64,000 bases of DNA, from NCBI GenBank assembly GCA_043228905.1, contig JBHGNT010000007.1, positions 6,262,001 to 6,326,000 of the forward strand, written 5' to 3'. A program made the position numbers and the translations under genes. The notes below the pieces were generated by a model that saw nothing but the letters and a program-made list of their open reading frames with translations, made no database searches and was not told the DNA's origin. Below are positions 11,577 to 24,584 of the stretch, piece after piece (position 1 is the first letter of the stretch; every line of letters starts with the position of its first letter). This DNA comes from Azolla caroliniana (Eukaryota > Plantae > Polypodiophyta).

Positions 11577-14500
11577 TGTTGAGAAATGGATGCGGAATAG
11601 ATCACAGAAAACGAACTACGCACTAAAAATACAAATCACAGAAATATACCAAGAAAGACAAGATAAACAAGAGTGCATAGAGATTTACGTGGAAACCCTA
11701 AAACGGGAAAAAACCACGGGTGACCAGATTTCTTCACTATACAAATAATGGATATACAATAGCGAGAAGTTTACAACAACACTCTCTCACGATTGCATTA
11801 GACGCATACGGCTCTTCGCGTCTACTGTTACACAAACACCTATGGTGCGGCTCTCTCTTCTTCTCGCTCACTCTCTCTCTCTCTCTCTCTCTGTCGTTCT
11901 TTTTCTACAGTTCTAACGCTGTTCATCACAAACTAAAAGTTTGCCCTAGTTGCATATATACTTACGCAACTTTCGGGTTATTTACATACGTAGCCCTCAT
12001 GGGGCCCACACTTAGACTATTTACACAATGTAGTCTCCCGAGTTGGCTATCTACACGATTCCGGTTTCTGTTTTCCGACTCTTCGACTGTCGGCTTTCCG
12101 AACAGTCAGATCTTCCTCCCATTGGAGGGACATATTCCAACAAACTCCCCCTTCACTCCTATGGGAGGAAATCTATCAGTCCTATATTATGTCGACAGAC
12201 TCAGAGTCTGTCCATAGGTAAGTTCTTCGTCAGCATGTCGGATACATTGTCATCAGTATGGATCTTCTCAAGAGAAAACTCTCCTTCTTTGACTCTCTCC
12301 TGCAACCAGTGATACCTTCTCTGTACATGCTTGGTCCGGGAGTGGCATGTCGCGTCCTCTGCTAGGTGTATGGCGCTTTGGCTATCACAATGAAGCAAGA
12401 ACTCCTTTTTCTTCATGCCTAGTTCGGTGAGAAAATTTCTCATCCAGATCAGCTCTTTTCCGGCTTCTACCGCTGCCATATACTCTGCCTCTGTAGTCGA
12501 CAAGGCTACAAACTTCTGCAGTCGTGACTGCCACGACACTGCTCCACCTGCATAGGTCATCACGTACCCTGACGTGGATCGGCTCGAGTCGACATCTCCT
12601 AACAGGTCTGAATCGATAAAACCTTCCAACACAGGTTTTCCAACACCATACCTTAGGCACACTTCCGACGTGCCTCTCAAGTACCTGAGTATCCATTCCA
12701 CCGTTGCCTAGTGTTCTCTCCCTGGATTACTCATATATCGGCTTACTACTCCTACATCAAATTCTATGTCCGGTCTCGTAGAGACCATAGCATACATCAG
12801 ACTGCCGACGGGTGAGGCATATGATACCTTCTTCATCTCAGCCTTTTCCTTCTGCCCTTTTGGACACTGTTTCGCATTCAATCTGCAATTTGTCGGCAAC
12901 ACAGAGCCGACCGGCTTTGCATTCGACATGTTGAATCTCTCTAGGATCTTCGTCACATATTTTTGTTGTGACAACCATAGCACCTTCCAAGCTCTGTCTT
13001 GGGTTTTGTGCATTCCTAGAATTTGCTTAGCCGGTCCAAGGTCTTTCATGGAAAATGATTTGCCGAGAGCTTTCTTCAAGCTTCCAATCTTCCTTGTGTC
13101 TTGACTGACTATCAACATATCATCAACATATAGCAAGAGAATCAAGAAATCTCCTTCCTCATACCTTTTGACAAACACACAGTGATCGGCCTGTGTTTTC
13201 TGGAACCGATGTTCCATCATGAAGGACTCAAATTTCTTGTACCATTGGCGTGGAGCTTGTTTCAGACCGTACAAGCTTTTCCTCAGTCGACACATCAAAT
13301 TCTCTTTCCCTTTCTCCTCAAAGCCTTCGGGTTGATGCATGTAGATCTCTTCGTCTAACTCCCCGTGCAGAAATGCGGTTTTGACATCCAACTGTTAGAT
13401 CTCCAGATCCATGCTCGCCGCTATGCTCAGAACAGTTCGAATGGATGTCATCTTCACGACTGGTGTGAATATTTCGTCAAAGTCGATGCCCTTCCTCTAT
13501 TGGAACCCCTTCACCACTATGCAGGCTTTATACCTGGGCTCGCTATCAACTTCTCCACTCTTCACCTTGTAGACCCATTTATTCCTAAGTGCGCTCTTAC
13601 CTTTCGGCAACTCTACTAGGTCATAGGTGTAATTCGCGTGCCAGGATTCCATCTCCTCTTTCATCGCATTTAGCCATTTTCCTCTACTTTCGTCTACTAT
13701 GGCTTCTTCATAGCACTCCGGTTCACCGTCATCAGTCAAGAGGATGTATTGACTGGCATATGTAATCGGTGCCTTCCTTTCTCTGAGTGGGTACCTTCGT
13801 CCACTCCCTGTTGGCTCTCTTCTCGATGTCTCTGCCAACTCTTCTCTCTGCTCGGGATTCTACTCATCAATCGACATCTCCAGGTTGGACAACTCCGACT
13901 CATATTCCTCAATTGATTTTAGCAGGTCTGCCGACTCTGACTCATAATCTGTCGGTCTTTCCGAGTCGACCGACTCGGATTCGGCTCTGTCGGCCAGCTG
14001 TCTCCTTACAGCTGCCGGTGACGACACATTTGGCCTTAAGTCGATGGTAGTCAAGGGTGACTAGGGAGTCAGTTCCGACTTCTATTGCTTCCAGTCTTCA
14101 ATTGTCTTGTCTTCTAGAAAGACTGCACCCCGACTTCTCACTACCTTCTTGTCGACTAGGTCCCACAACCTGTAACCGAATTCATCTTCCGAATATCTCA
14201 TGAATATGCATGCTTTGAATTGCTATCAAGCTTTGACCAATAGGATTTCGGCAGTTTCGCATGAGAGAGCATGCTCCTTACTAGCTCCATGATTGTTTGA
14301 TTCATCCTCTCTACAAGCCCGTTCAACTCTGGGGTCTTTGGCACTGTGTATTCGATCCGAATACCTTGGCACTTGCAGTATTCCTCGAACTGCCCTTTGT
14401 ACTCGCCACCATTGTCGGTTCGGACAACCTTCAGTTTCTGACCTGACTTTCTTTCGGTTCTTGCCTGGACCTCCTTGAAAACCGACAATACTTGATCCTT

Positions 14501-16255
14501 CGACTTTAGTACGAAGGCCCATGTTTTCCGACTGTAGTCGTCAATAAATGTTACAAAGTACTGTCCTCCTCGATGCGATGGAGCATCCACATAGCACACA
14601 TCCGTGTGCACTAGTTCTAGTGCAGCTTCTCTTCTCCTCAGTGGTCTCGAGTGGAATGTCGTCCTGTTCTGCTTTCCGGCTAAGCAGTCGACATACTTCT
14701 CTAGGTGTACTCCCTTGACTTCTGGTAGAAGTTTCTGGTCGGCTAACAGGTGCATTCCCTTCTCACTCATGTGGCCTAGCCTCTTATGCCATATCTCCCC
14801 TGTCAAGTCGGCTGCCACGTTTACTTCCGATTTGCACAGTCCGGCATGCATCATGTACAATGTCCCTTCTTTCTGTGCTCGGGCCACTATGAGATTTCCT
14901 CGGCAGAACTTCCACTTGCCATTCCGAAAACTACCACTATAGCCTTCGTCGTCAAGCCTTCCAGTCGATATCAGATTCAATCTAATATCGGGGACGTGTT
15001 GAACATCCTTCAACATTAGTCGACACCCTATCAACGTCGTTAAGCACACACTTCCGACTCCGGTTATCTTGCACTCTCCACTATCACCCATCTTTACATA
15101 GCCATGATCCCCGGCTATGTAAGTCGAGAAGTACTCTCTCGACGGAGTAATATGGAAGGATGCGTCGGAGTCTATCACCCAAGTGCACTCTTCACTTGCA
15201 AGATTTGCACTTGCCTGTTCATAGATGAATAGGAGTTCCTCATTGCTTGTAGCAATGGCCGAAGCGTTCTTTTCATTTGGAATTTTTCGGGGTTCGACAT
15301 TATTTCCGACACTCTTGTCTTTTCGCAGGTGTCGGCAGTCCTTCTAGAAGTGTCCAGGTTTTCCACAATAGAAGCACACAGGCTTACCTCTGAACTTTAA
15401 TCTGGCATGGGATTTGTCTGTCCACTGCGGACTTCTTCTTCGCCAGTCCCTTCCTCTGTCCATGTGTTGAGTCAGATTCGACTCCATTTGGGACAGGACT
15501 CCTTTGTCTTTCCTCCTTGCCTCCTCCTTTAGGATGCTTGTCTTCACCGTCTGTCGACTGGTTCGTACAGGTCTTTGACTATGAGAAGGTCTTCCATCTT
15601 TATCTTCCAGTCTGCATAGTTCTGAGAGTTGAGAACTATCATTCCTGGGAATCCGCTCACGCCTCCTTCCATGCTTGCACCTCCAGCTCTAATACCAGTT
15701 TGTTGAGAAATCGATGCAGAATAGATCACAGAAAATGAACTACGCGTTGAAAATACAAATCACAGAAATATGCCAAGAAAGACAAGATAAACAAGAGTGC
15801 ACAGAGATTTACGTGGAAACCATAAAACGGGAAAAAACCACGGGTGAGCAGATTTCTTCACTATACAAATAGTGGATATACAATAGCGAGAAGATTACAA
15901 CACTCTCACGAGTGCATCAGCCAGACAGGGCTCTTCGCATTTGCTTTTACACACACAGCTATGGCGCGGCTCTCTCTTCTTCTTGCTAACTCTCTCTCTC
16001 TCTCTGTCGTTCTTTTTCTACAGTTCTAACTCTGTTCATCACAAACTAAAAGTTTTCCCTAGTTGCATATATACTTACGTAACTTTCCGGTTATTTACAT
16101 ATGTAGCCCTCATGGGGCACACACTTAGACTATTTACACAATATAGTCTCCCAAGTTGGCTATCTACACGATTCCGGTTTCTGTTTTCCGACTCTTCGAC
16201 TATCGACTTTCCGAACAATCGGATCTTCCTCCCACTGGAGGGACATATCCCAATA
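11577..16255 (-). mobile_element. Ty1/Copia retrotransposon (Tnt1/Tork-like), both LTRs present, degenerate
   Basis: LTRs 11577-12142 and 15701-16255; TSD GAAAG at 11572-11576 and 16256-16260; PBS TGGTATTAGAGC at 15686-15697; PPT at 12143-12160. Confidence 0.95.
12201..15672 (-). pseudogene. Copia gag-pol (zinc knuckle, PR, IN, RT, RNase H) with stops, frameshifts and a gag deletion
   Basis: CFYCGKPGH; IDSDAS; WHKRLGH, HTDV, RTDNGGEY; MDVKTAFLHG, LLYVDDML; STTEAEY, SRTKH. Confidence 0.93.
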
Positions 16256-17567
16256 GAAAGGGGCGGGACCATGGGGGTCTCAGACGAGGAAGAGATGGAT
16301 GTTGGGAGACCGACTCTCTCCGGCTTTGGCTGCATAGGCTGTGGCGCAAACCAAAGCGATTCCAGACGCGTATCGGAGGCTATCGAACATGAGAGAGGGA
16401 GAGAGAGAGAATACGTGCAACACCGACTCAACACACGCTACTTATGTACAGAAAGGGAAAGAAGAAACTCCGAAGACGCATACACAGACACAGATGCACA
16501 AAACTTCACTATATATGTGCAAGAGCAAGATACAACTCCAGCTTCGAGCCGGACTAAGGGAGGTTAGGATACAACAACAATCTACTGCCAAGCCGCCGAT
16601 CGAGGAGCTCTCAGGCTCGTCGTGCCGAGCGGGGTCTTGCACAGGAGACAAAGAAGAAGCGGAACCCCTTAGGGCATACAAGCTCTTAACCAGACTAAAC
16701 CCTTGGACCTAATGTTATACCCTCCTAACTCAAAATGGGCAACCCCTCTACAGGGGACCCTCCCTTCCTTTTATAGCACAAGGAGGGAAGTGCGTAACAA
16801 TGTGGGATAAATCCCGTATTACATGGGATTCTCTATCCCAACTTAACTCTTATTCGGCGCCATAAAGGCGCCCTTATTATTCGCACATATACACAAGGAT
16901 AAGTGCACATGATGCACTTCGTCGATGCCACTAACTTCTCCGGTTTTCTCACTATGGCCGTGAATCTTCACGACATGGTGTCCAATTTTTTTTCTTTTAC
17001 TGCTTCCTTTAACTCAATCTTGTTAAGGCGCTCATTTGTTTCGAAAGAACCTCTTTTACATTCTTCAATATCTTCTTGAAGTTTTGTAACTACTTGCTTA
17101 AGACTTTCATTCTCAATGACAACAATTTGCAGCGTAGCATTCTCTTTCATTAACGTCCTAATCGCTTCACCTTGCTTGTTTATGGTTTCTTGAAGAGAAA
17201 TCAAGTGACTCATAAGCATTTTGTCCATTGCATTGGATTCAAGATTTGTTGGTGATCTCGGCTCATTATCAATCATACCCCCAAACTTTGCAACGGCTTT
17301 ATGAGTGTTTGCCATTGTAGGGACAAACCCTATGGGAAGAGAGAGACAGAGAGGGAGGGAGAGAGAATGTACCTTTCACTCGATTTAGGGCTTCAAAATC
17401 TACCTTGCGTTTGAGGAACCGTGGGGCAAAGATGGTTGCGGATGAAAATGCTCATAACTTCTTGCCATGGTAACGGAATTCGGTAAATGAACATTATTTA
17501 GAAAGCTCTCTGAAAGAGATTTCCAACGAGCTATAAAACGTAGAAAATGATAGCCGGGGTGAACTTA

Positions 17568-17623
<56 letters not shown>

Positions 17624-17629
17624 AAGAGA

Positions 17630-17829
17630 TGGAAATGAGATTATATTATGAGGAAACAAGGTTACAAAGAGTAGGCTAAGGGCTAAAGACTGGTGTTGAA
17701 CCAGAGAGAGAGAGAGAGAGAGAGCTCTTAGAACAAGACGGAAACTGTATATTACATCCAACAGAATACATCCAACAATAAGGAAACAAGGTTACAAAGA
17801 GTAGGCTAAGGGCTAAAGACTGGTGTTGA

Positions 17830-17860
<31 letters not shown>

Positions 17861-17930
17861 CTCTTAGAACAAGACGGAAAATGTATATTACATCCAACAG
17901 AATACATCCAACAATAACAAAGTTACAAAA
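17630..17930 (-). repeat. Tandem (~130 bp) duplicated chromovirus LTR R/U5-like fragment with (GA)n
   Basis: Two copies of AGGAAACAAGGTTACAAAGAGTAGGCTAAGGGCTAAAGACTGGTGTTGAACC-(AG)n; matches LTR sequence at 19040-19070 and 28840-28890. Confidence 0.65.
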
Positions 17931-18054
17931 GGTTGGTTTAAATACCAACTAAACTAGGTCAAGGCCCCTTTCTACTATTTACAAAACTAGTCTTGTATGT
18001 CCATGAGCTATTGTGAAACCTATTCCTATGGGAAGTTGAGTTCGATTCTCAACA

Positions 18055-18194
18055 ATAGATTTCATGTGCAAGGGTGCACATGTGTAAGGAAAATATAGGT
18101 ACAAGGATGTAAGCCCTGTATTAAATTAACTTGGTAGTGGAGGATCTAGAATGTATCCCCACTTAAGTACAAGTATAAAATCCTATTTCCCTCT
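18055..18194 (-). repeat. Fragment of the Copia LTR family found at 58775 and 63623
   Basis: CATGTGCAAGGGTGCACATGTG...ATATAGGTACAA...GTGGAGGATCTA matches 58897-59015. Confidence 0.7.
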
Positions 18195-19259
18195 TGTGGG
18201 AGGAGCGGATTGGCCGGCTGAGTAAGAGTTGACAATCGAAGACAAGGAGTAGCCGACTGCTCGGGCTAAGAGCCAACAGTCGATGATAAGGAGGAGTCGA
18301 CATGGAGAGTCCAAAGTCTAGTAAGTGATCCAAGTCGAAGACACAACTGACTAATTAGGCCGACTAGACAGGTGACATAGGAGTCGGTTAGTCGACAAGT
18401 TGGCTGACTGGACAGGTGACATAAGAGTCAGCTAGTCGACCAGTTGGCTGACTGGACAGGTGACATAGGAGTCGGCTAGTTGACCAGTCGACTGATTAAC
18501 TGCTATAGTTATTACTATAATAATAATAGAACTGATAGTAGTAGGGATTACATTTGTAAATAGTCCATATGGTGCATAAGTATGAATACACTTAGGGCAA
18601 ACTTTTAGATGTAGAACAGTAGATGCAGAATAGAGTTTTTTGTGTGTTGTGAAAAGTGTTGTAGATAGTGCATGAGAGAGAGCAACGGTAGAGGTTAGCA
18701 AACCTACTAAGAACCCTAAGTTGTTGTCCTCTGAGTATCAGAGAAGAGTCGTAAGCATTCCTTGTATTCTCTGCTGTATAGTGGAAGATCTGTTCTCCCG
18801 TGGTTTTCCCCGTTTAGGGTTTCCATGTAAAATTCTGTGCACAGTGTATTCTGGTGTATTTGTTGTTTTTCGCGTTCTACTTGTACATTTCAGCATATCT
18901 TCCTCACAAATCTTTGATCCCATATGTCGCGACCCAAGCTTCGAAGACAAGGTCGATTTCAAAGAAAAGAAGATAATAACAAACGAGAAGACGTTTACAA
19001 GACAAAAATACAAGAATTTCTATTACTAGAAACCGAGATTACAAGGTTGTTGAAGACTGGTGTTGAACCGAAATGGTTCAACACTAAGCAGATCTCTTCG
19101 ACTTATATATTGTACATCAGAATGTTCATGATCACCATTTGGCATACATGTTGTGCGCCATTTGGCGTACAGGGTGCATGCCATTTGGCGGTCATCTAAT
19201 GTGTCTAGTGCTCTAGAGTTCTTGAATAATAATAATATGAAAATGTATTTATTAATGAA

Positions 19260-19335
19260 AATGAGTTGGTGCAATGGTTGAAGTGTAAGACCATTGTTTG
19301 AAGGTCACAAGTTCAAACCTTGATATTCACTTTTT
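19260..19335 (+). ncRNA. tRNA-like Pol III cassette in the 3' LTR of element A, antisense, with T5 terminator
   Basis: A box TGGTGCAATGG 19267-19277; B box GTTCAAACC 19311-19319 (45-nt span); TTTTT 19331-19335. Confidence 0.7.
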
Positions 19336-19341
19336 GTGACA

Positions 19342-22300
19342 TCATCCCCTCCTTTGACGACGAGTTCCATGAGTCGCAATGCATGAACTAGGTTTTGATT
19401 TATGGGGATAACGAAGATGAAACTCTTGTATAAGTTCAGAGGCATTAGTGACATTCGTTGCAGGTTCCCATGTCTGATTTGCAGGCGTGTATCCCAGCCA
19501 ATCTACTAGATAATATAACTTATTGCGGATGACCTTAGAGTCCAAAATAGCTTCTACTTCATATTCAGGTCCTTCAGCAAGTTGAACCAGAGGTGGTGGT
19601 GGCATAACCCGACTTGGAATAGAACTTGATGTCCATGGTTCTAATAATGAAACATGAAATACTGGATGAAGACGCATATGTGAAGGTAGGTCCAGACGAA
19701 ATGCAACATCATTGACTTGATGAGAGATTACAAATGGACCTAGACGTTGGAAATCCAATTTGGCACTTGGTCAAGTAGTTTTCACATTACGACGCAATAA
19801 CCAGACACGATCACCAACTTTAAACTTAGGGTCTTCAAGTAAAGAATCTAAGCGATGTTTATCCGCCACCTTCTTGTACTTGGTTTGAGCTTGAAGCAAA
19901 TTATGAGAAAGGTTGGTTTGAATTTCTTTGAGTTTTTCTAGACGATCTTTGACCGTGGAATTTTTTGAGACTTTTGGACATTCGAGCATCATCCATCGAG
20001 GATGATATCCTGTGTTTGCAAAGAATGGAGTGAATCTCGTAGAAGAATGGATTGAATTATTGTAAGCAAATTCTGCCATATGTAAGAAATCCATCCAATC
20101 ATCTTGTTGATAGTTGATAAAGCAACGGAGATATTGTTCTAATGTTTGATTTGTGTGTTCCATTTGCCCATCGGTTTGAGGATGGTAGCTTGAAGATAGT
20201 TTACGAGAAATTCCAAGGCTCTCAAGTAAGTGTGTCCAAAACTTTGCAATAAATTGTGGTCCACGATCACTAATGATTTCATCTGGAAGGCCATAGAGCT
20301 TGAAAACTTCTCGCATAACAAGACTTGTCAATTCTTGACTAATAAAAGTTTTTCTACATGGAAGAAAATGTGTCATTTTTGTAAAGCGATCCACCACTGT
20401 AAGAATTGCATCATAGCCTTAGGAATATGGGAGATCTGTGATGAAATCGATAGAAATGGATTTCCACGGACCATCTAGAATGGGCAATGGGTGCAACAAA
20501 CTATATGGCCGATGTCGAGGCATCTTTGATCGACAACATACATCACAAGTAGAAACATAGTCTATGACAAACTGACGAACCTGAGGCCACCAAAAGTTTC
20601 GGGTAACTAGCTCTAATGTTTTCAAAACTCCGAAATGTCCAGCTAGCGGTGAATCATGGCAGTGATGCAAGACTTCAAGTCGAAAAGGTCCATCAAGAAT
20701 ATAAGTACGGTTGTTTCGAAAAAGCAACCCATCATGCCAACTGAAGTTCCCATAATCCATGCGAGAAAACTTGGAGCGTGAACAACAAGCACGATCTGGA
20801 ACAATGTGTTCTAAAATATCTTGTGCAAAATCATTTGAACCAATGCTCGAGCGAATAGAATCGAGAAATTTTGAATCCAAAGTTGTCTCAGCAACATTTG
20901 TCACCATTAATTGTAGACGACTAGGGCTCAAAAGGACTTGTTCTTGATTGTCGTAAGTTGGGTCCCCCGGTTTTGGTGCAAAATAAGAGAATCTTGATAA
21001 GGCATCAGCTTTACCTTGTTGTGTTCCTGGTCGATATGTTATCACAAAGTTGAACCGTGTTAGAAATTGTGCCCACCAAGCTTGTCGTCGATTTAGAACT
21101 AGAGCATTTTGAAAGTATGTGAGGTTTTTATGATCGTTGAAAACAATAATTTGGTGGGGAGAACCTTCCAAGAAGTGACACCATTGTTCGAAAGAATCAA
21201 CAATTGCCAACAATTGTTTGTCATGGATTTCATAATTGATTTCTGTAGGTTCAAACTTTCTTGAATGAAATGCAACTGGATGTAATTTCTCATCATCCGC
21301 TACTTGTGATAGAACACTTCCTAGTGCAAAATCAGATGCATCTGCTTCTATGATAAACGGCTTTTTAAGGTCAACGTGGACCAAAATGGGAGCAGATGTA
21401 AATGCTTGCTTCAAGCTATCAAATGCATCAGTTGCGCTTGATGTCCATACAAATGGTCGGTTCTTCTGTGTTAGTTCTATGAGGGGCAAAACAACTTTTG
21501 AGTAACTCTTGATGAACTTGCGGTAGAAATTCGCAAATCCCAAGAAACATTGCAGATCACGAACTGAGCCTGGTGTCTTCCAATCTAGAATTGTTTGTAC
21601 TTTCTTTGGATCCATAAAAATACCTTCTGGAGAGACCATATACCCTAGAAACTCGACTTGATTGCGGTCAAAGCAACACTTCTCTAGTTTGGCATAAAGA
21701 CCAAATTCTCGTAATCATTGTAGAACTTGTCGAACATGATTATTATGCTCCTCTTGTGTCTTTGAGTAGATTAGTATGTCATCCAAGTAAATTATCGTGA
21801 AGATATCGAGGAAATCTCGAACGATATCATTTTCCATATGTTGGAAAACTCCTGGAGCATTTGTAAGCCCGAATGGCATTACTGTGTACTCAAAGTGACC
21901 ATATCGTGTGCGAAAAGCAGTTTTCCATTCATCATCAGGTCAAATACGAACAAGGTTGTAAACTCCTTGTAAGTCTAGCCTTGTGAAGTATTTGGCCCCA
22001 TTGAGATGTTCCAAGAGATTTGGAATCAATGGTAGAGCATATCGATTTTGAATCATAACCTTGTTCAAGCCTCGATAGTCTACGACCAAACGTAAAGAGC
22101 CATCTTTCTTCTTAACAAAAAAAATAGGAGCGCCAGCAGGAGATCGGGAATGTCGAATAAAGCCATTTGCAAGATTGTCATCAATATATTCTCGAAGAAC
22201 TTTCAATTCTGACGGCGAAAGGTTGTAAATTGGTCCCCATGGTGGTTCCTTCTCAGCATGCAAATCAATGGGACAATCATATGGGCGATGATCAGGAAGT

Positions 22301-22976
22301 GTTGTGGCCTTTACCTTATCAAACACATCGGAAAATTCTTGATACTTTGATGGCAAATGGACCTCTGAATCTTGTGGGTTTGAGAATGGGGTTATGACCA
22401 CTGCAAACACAAACATATCTTCTATTGTAGCTTCTTTATGTAATCTTTTGAGAGAGATAGTTGATATATGTCTTGGTGTTAGCTTTGAGGTTGATGTGGT
22501 GATCAGCCTTAAAGTGTTGTCTCGTGAGTCTATGATTTCCCGTTTCTTCCGATCAATCTTTGGATTATGAAGTTCAAACCACGGCAACCCAAGAACAATT
22601 GGATGTTCAGGACTGCTTATGATATTAAAAGATATTACAATAACTAAATTACCAAGAACTACACGAATAGGCTCTGATTCTTCAGTAATATCTCCTGATG
22701 CAATAGAACGTCCATCAATTACTTCTACTGATGCTGGACAAGGAAGCTTATAGAGTAGAATTTCTTGTGTTGTGGCAAAATCCCGATCCATGAAACATGA
22801 GTTGGCTCCTGAATCCAAGAGCGTAGATTCAAGAACTTGATGACATCTTGATGTGCTGAGTTGAACTTGTGTTGTGAAAACTTCACTGACTCAGTTCGAT
22901 GAAATGGAACCTAAGCTTGGAACAAGTTCTATATGCTTTGGTTGGTCCAACCAAATGGCTCCGATTTTGGCTAGAC
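19342..22976 (-). pseudogene. pol: Chromovirus Pol (PR, RT, RH, IN, chromodomain) with premature stops
   Basis: LDSGA; KKKDGSLRLVVDYRGLN; ADASD; ISDRGPQF; EYEVEAILDSK...YLVDWLGY...TWEP. Confidence 0.93.
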
Positions 22977-24116
22977 TTACTCGTTTAACAGCTCATCTAG
23001 TTGGCTTAGAACATCAAAACTATTGGATTGAGGGTTGTTGACAAGAGTTCTTGGTTTATTGGCTTTGACTGGAGAACATGAATCAAAATTCTCAATAGCA
23101 CTTACTTGATTTAATTGTCTCTTTGGTCGATGTGGACAATGTATTGCTATATGTCCTGGACCACCACAATATAGTCAAAGTCGATTTGCTCGACGTCATT
23201 GTTTCTCGGCTTCAGACAAAGGACCTCGACGACGTGCTGCATCAATCTCCATCGGAGTAGGTCCATTAAAAGAATTAGGATTAGGAACTTGCATTGGTCC
23301 TAAAGGTGGTGAGGCTAATGCTGAGGCATATGTTTGCTCAAATCTAAGGCGTGTCGACGTTTGTTGGCGCTCAGAACGTCTTTCGAACAAACGATTGTCA
23401 CATCGAACTGCATGGCTAATAGCTTCTGTCAGTGATTTGGGTTCATCATGAAATGTTAAGAGCAAGTCTTTAACATCATTACGCAAACCATGCCGAAACA
23501 AGTCCATCATCGCTGCTTCATCCCAAGGGATATCACAAGCAAGAAGACGAAAATCAGCTGCGTAAGCTGAGGCTAGCCGATCTCCTTGGCGCAACCTACG
23601 TATCTTGTTTATTGTTGTTCTTGCACTATCAGTATCACCAAAACTAGCTTGGAATTCATTGATAAAGGTATCAAAGTTTTCTAATATTGGGGATTTCTTC
23701 TCTAGCAATGGTGCAAACCATGCTAGTGCGGTTCCTGTCAATAATGTTCCAACTAACCCCACTCGAGTTGCGTCAGTTGGATATCAGTTGGGATGCATAT
23801 GAATTATAAGGCATACCTGATTTAAGAATCCTTGGAATTGAGACCTTGTACCATCGAATTTTGTTGGTAAACTAATTTTGGGTTCTTTCAACAAACTTTG
23901 AGAGGTTGAAGCTTGTTGTCGAAGAGATAACACAATAGCTTCAAGTTGTTGGACACGTTTCGAGAGTTCCTCATGTTGTTGTGCCTTTTCAACACTCACT
24001 TGTTGCAAGTCGCCAAGAAGTTTATGATTCTCTTGTTCCAATGCAACAAATTTTGTTGTTGGGAGGTCAAGTTCTGAGAAAATACGCATATATTCTTGTT
24101 TACTGACGGTCTCCAT
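22977..24116 (-). pseudogene. gag: Chromovirus Gag with premature stops
   Basis: KEPKISLPTKFDGTRSQF, LRQG, PTPMEID, zinc-knuckle remnant; collinear with 50626-51795. Confidence 0.9.
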
Positions 24117-24162
24117 TGTGACGGAAAAACTTTACTAGACACTCGAGAAAAAAAAATGTGGG

Positions 24163-24174
24163 ATTCCGGTTCAA
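24163..24174 (-). promoter_or_regulatory. Self-priming PBS of element A
   Basis: Minus strand TTGAACCGGAAT is complementary to ATTCCGGTTCAA in the LTR (24326-24315), which starts 33 nt downstream of TATATAA (24359). Confidence 0.8.
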
Positions 24175-24508
24175 ACTGTCGCGACCCAAGCTTTGAAGAC
24201 AAGGTTGATTTTGAAGAAAAGAAGATAATAACAAACGAGAAGACATTTACAAGACAAAAATACAAGAATTTCTATTACTGGAAACCGAGATTACAAGGTT
24301 GTTGAAGACTGGTGTTGAACCGGAATGGTTCAACACTAAGTAGATCTTCGACTTATATACTGTACATCAGAATGTGCATGATCGCCATTTGGCATACATG
24401 TTGTGCACCACTTGGCGTACAGGGTGCATGCCATTTGGCGGTCATCTAATGTGTCTAGTGCTCTAGAGTTCTTGAATAATAATAATATGAAAATATATTT
24501 ATTATGAA

Positions 24509-24584
24509 AATGAGTTGGTGCAATGGTTGAAGTGTAAGACCATTGTTTGAAGGTCACAAGTTCAAACCTTGATATTCACATTTT
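24509..24584 (+). ncRNA. tRNA-like Pol III cassette in the 5' LTR of element A, antisense
   Basis: A box 24516-24526; B box 24560-24568; TTTT 24581-24584. Confidence 0.7.

Larger units (their letters stand above)
7346..16975 (-). mobile_element. Gypsy-type LTR element, gag-only or deleted, containing a nested Copia and a solo LTR
   Basis: Direct repeats 7346-8100 and ~11550/16256-16975 (both end CTTCACGA(C/T)A); PPT-like GGTTTGGTGGGGGCGG at ~8105-8120 resembles that of the first element; gag remnants (GRFNGDKVPSYLEAYN, FREFERRLARF) at ~10400-11560; no pol. Confidence 0.75.
6818..17315 (-). pseudogene. LINE ORF1 (coiled coil plus RRM-like), interrupted
   Basis: ...KKLDT (16976+) joins MRQDLSEMK (7345) once the insertion is removed. 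Confidence 0.75.
5420..17560 (-). mobile_element. Degenerate LINE (RTEX/CR1-like), split by a Gypsy insertion at 7346-16975
   Basis: ORF1 in two pieces (16976-17315 and 6818-7345; EREQRSKNIVVRGIKEE); ORF2 APE endonuclease fragments (WNCNG, ETW, GDINART, SVIDY, SNH) at ~5870-6800; 5430-5775 matches the second LINE at 58440-58775. Confidence 0.8.

Noticed and set aside
8540-11626. Many plus-strand ORFs, up to 348 aa
   Set aside because: Antisense shadows of the GC-rich, purine-biased gag region on the minus strand.
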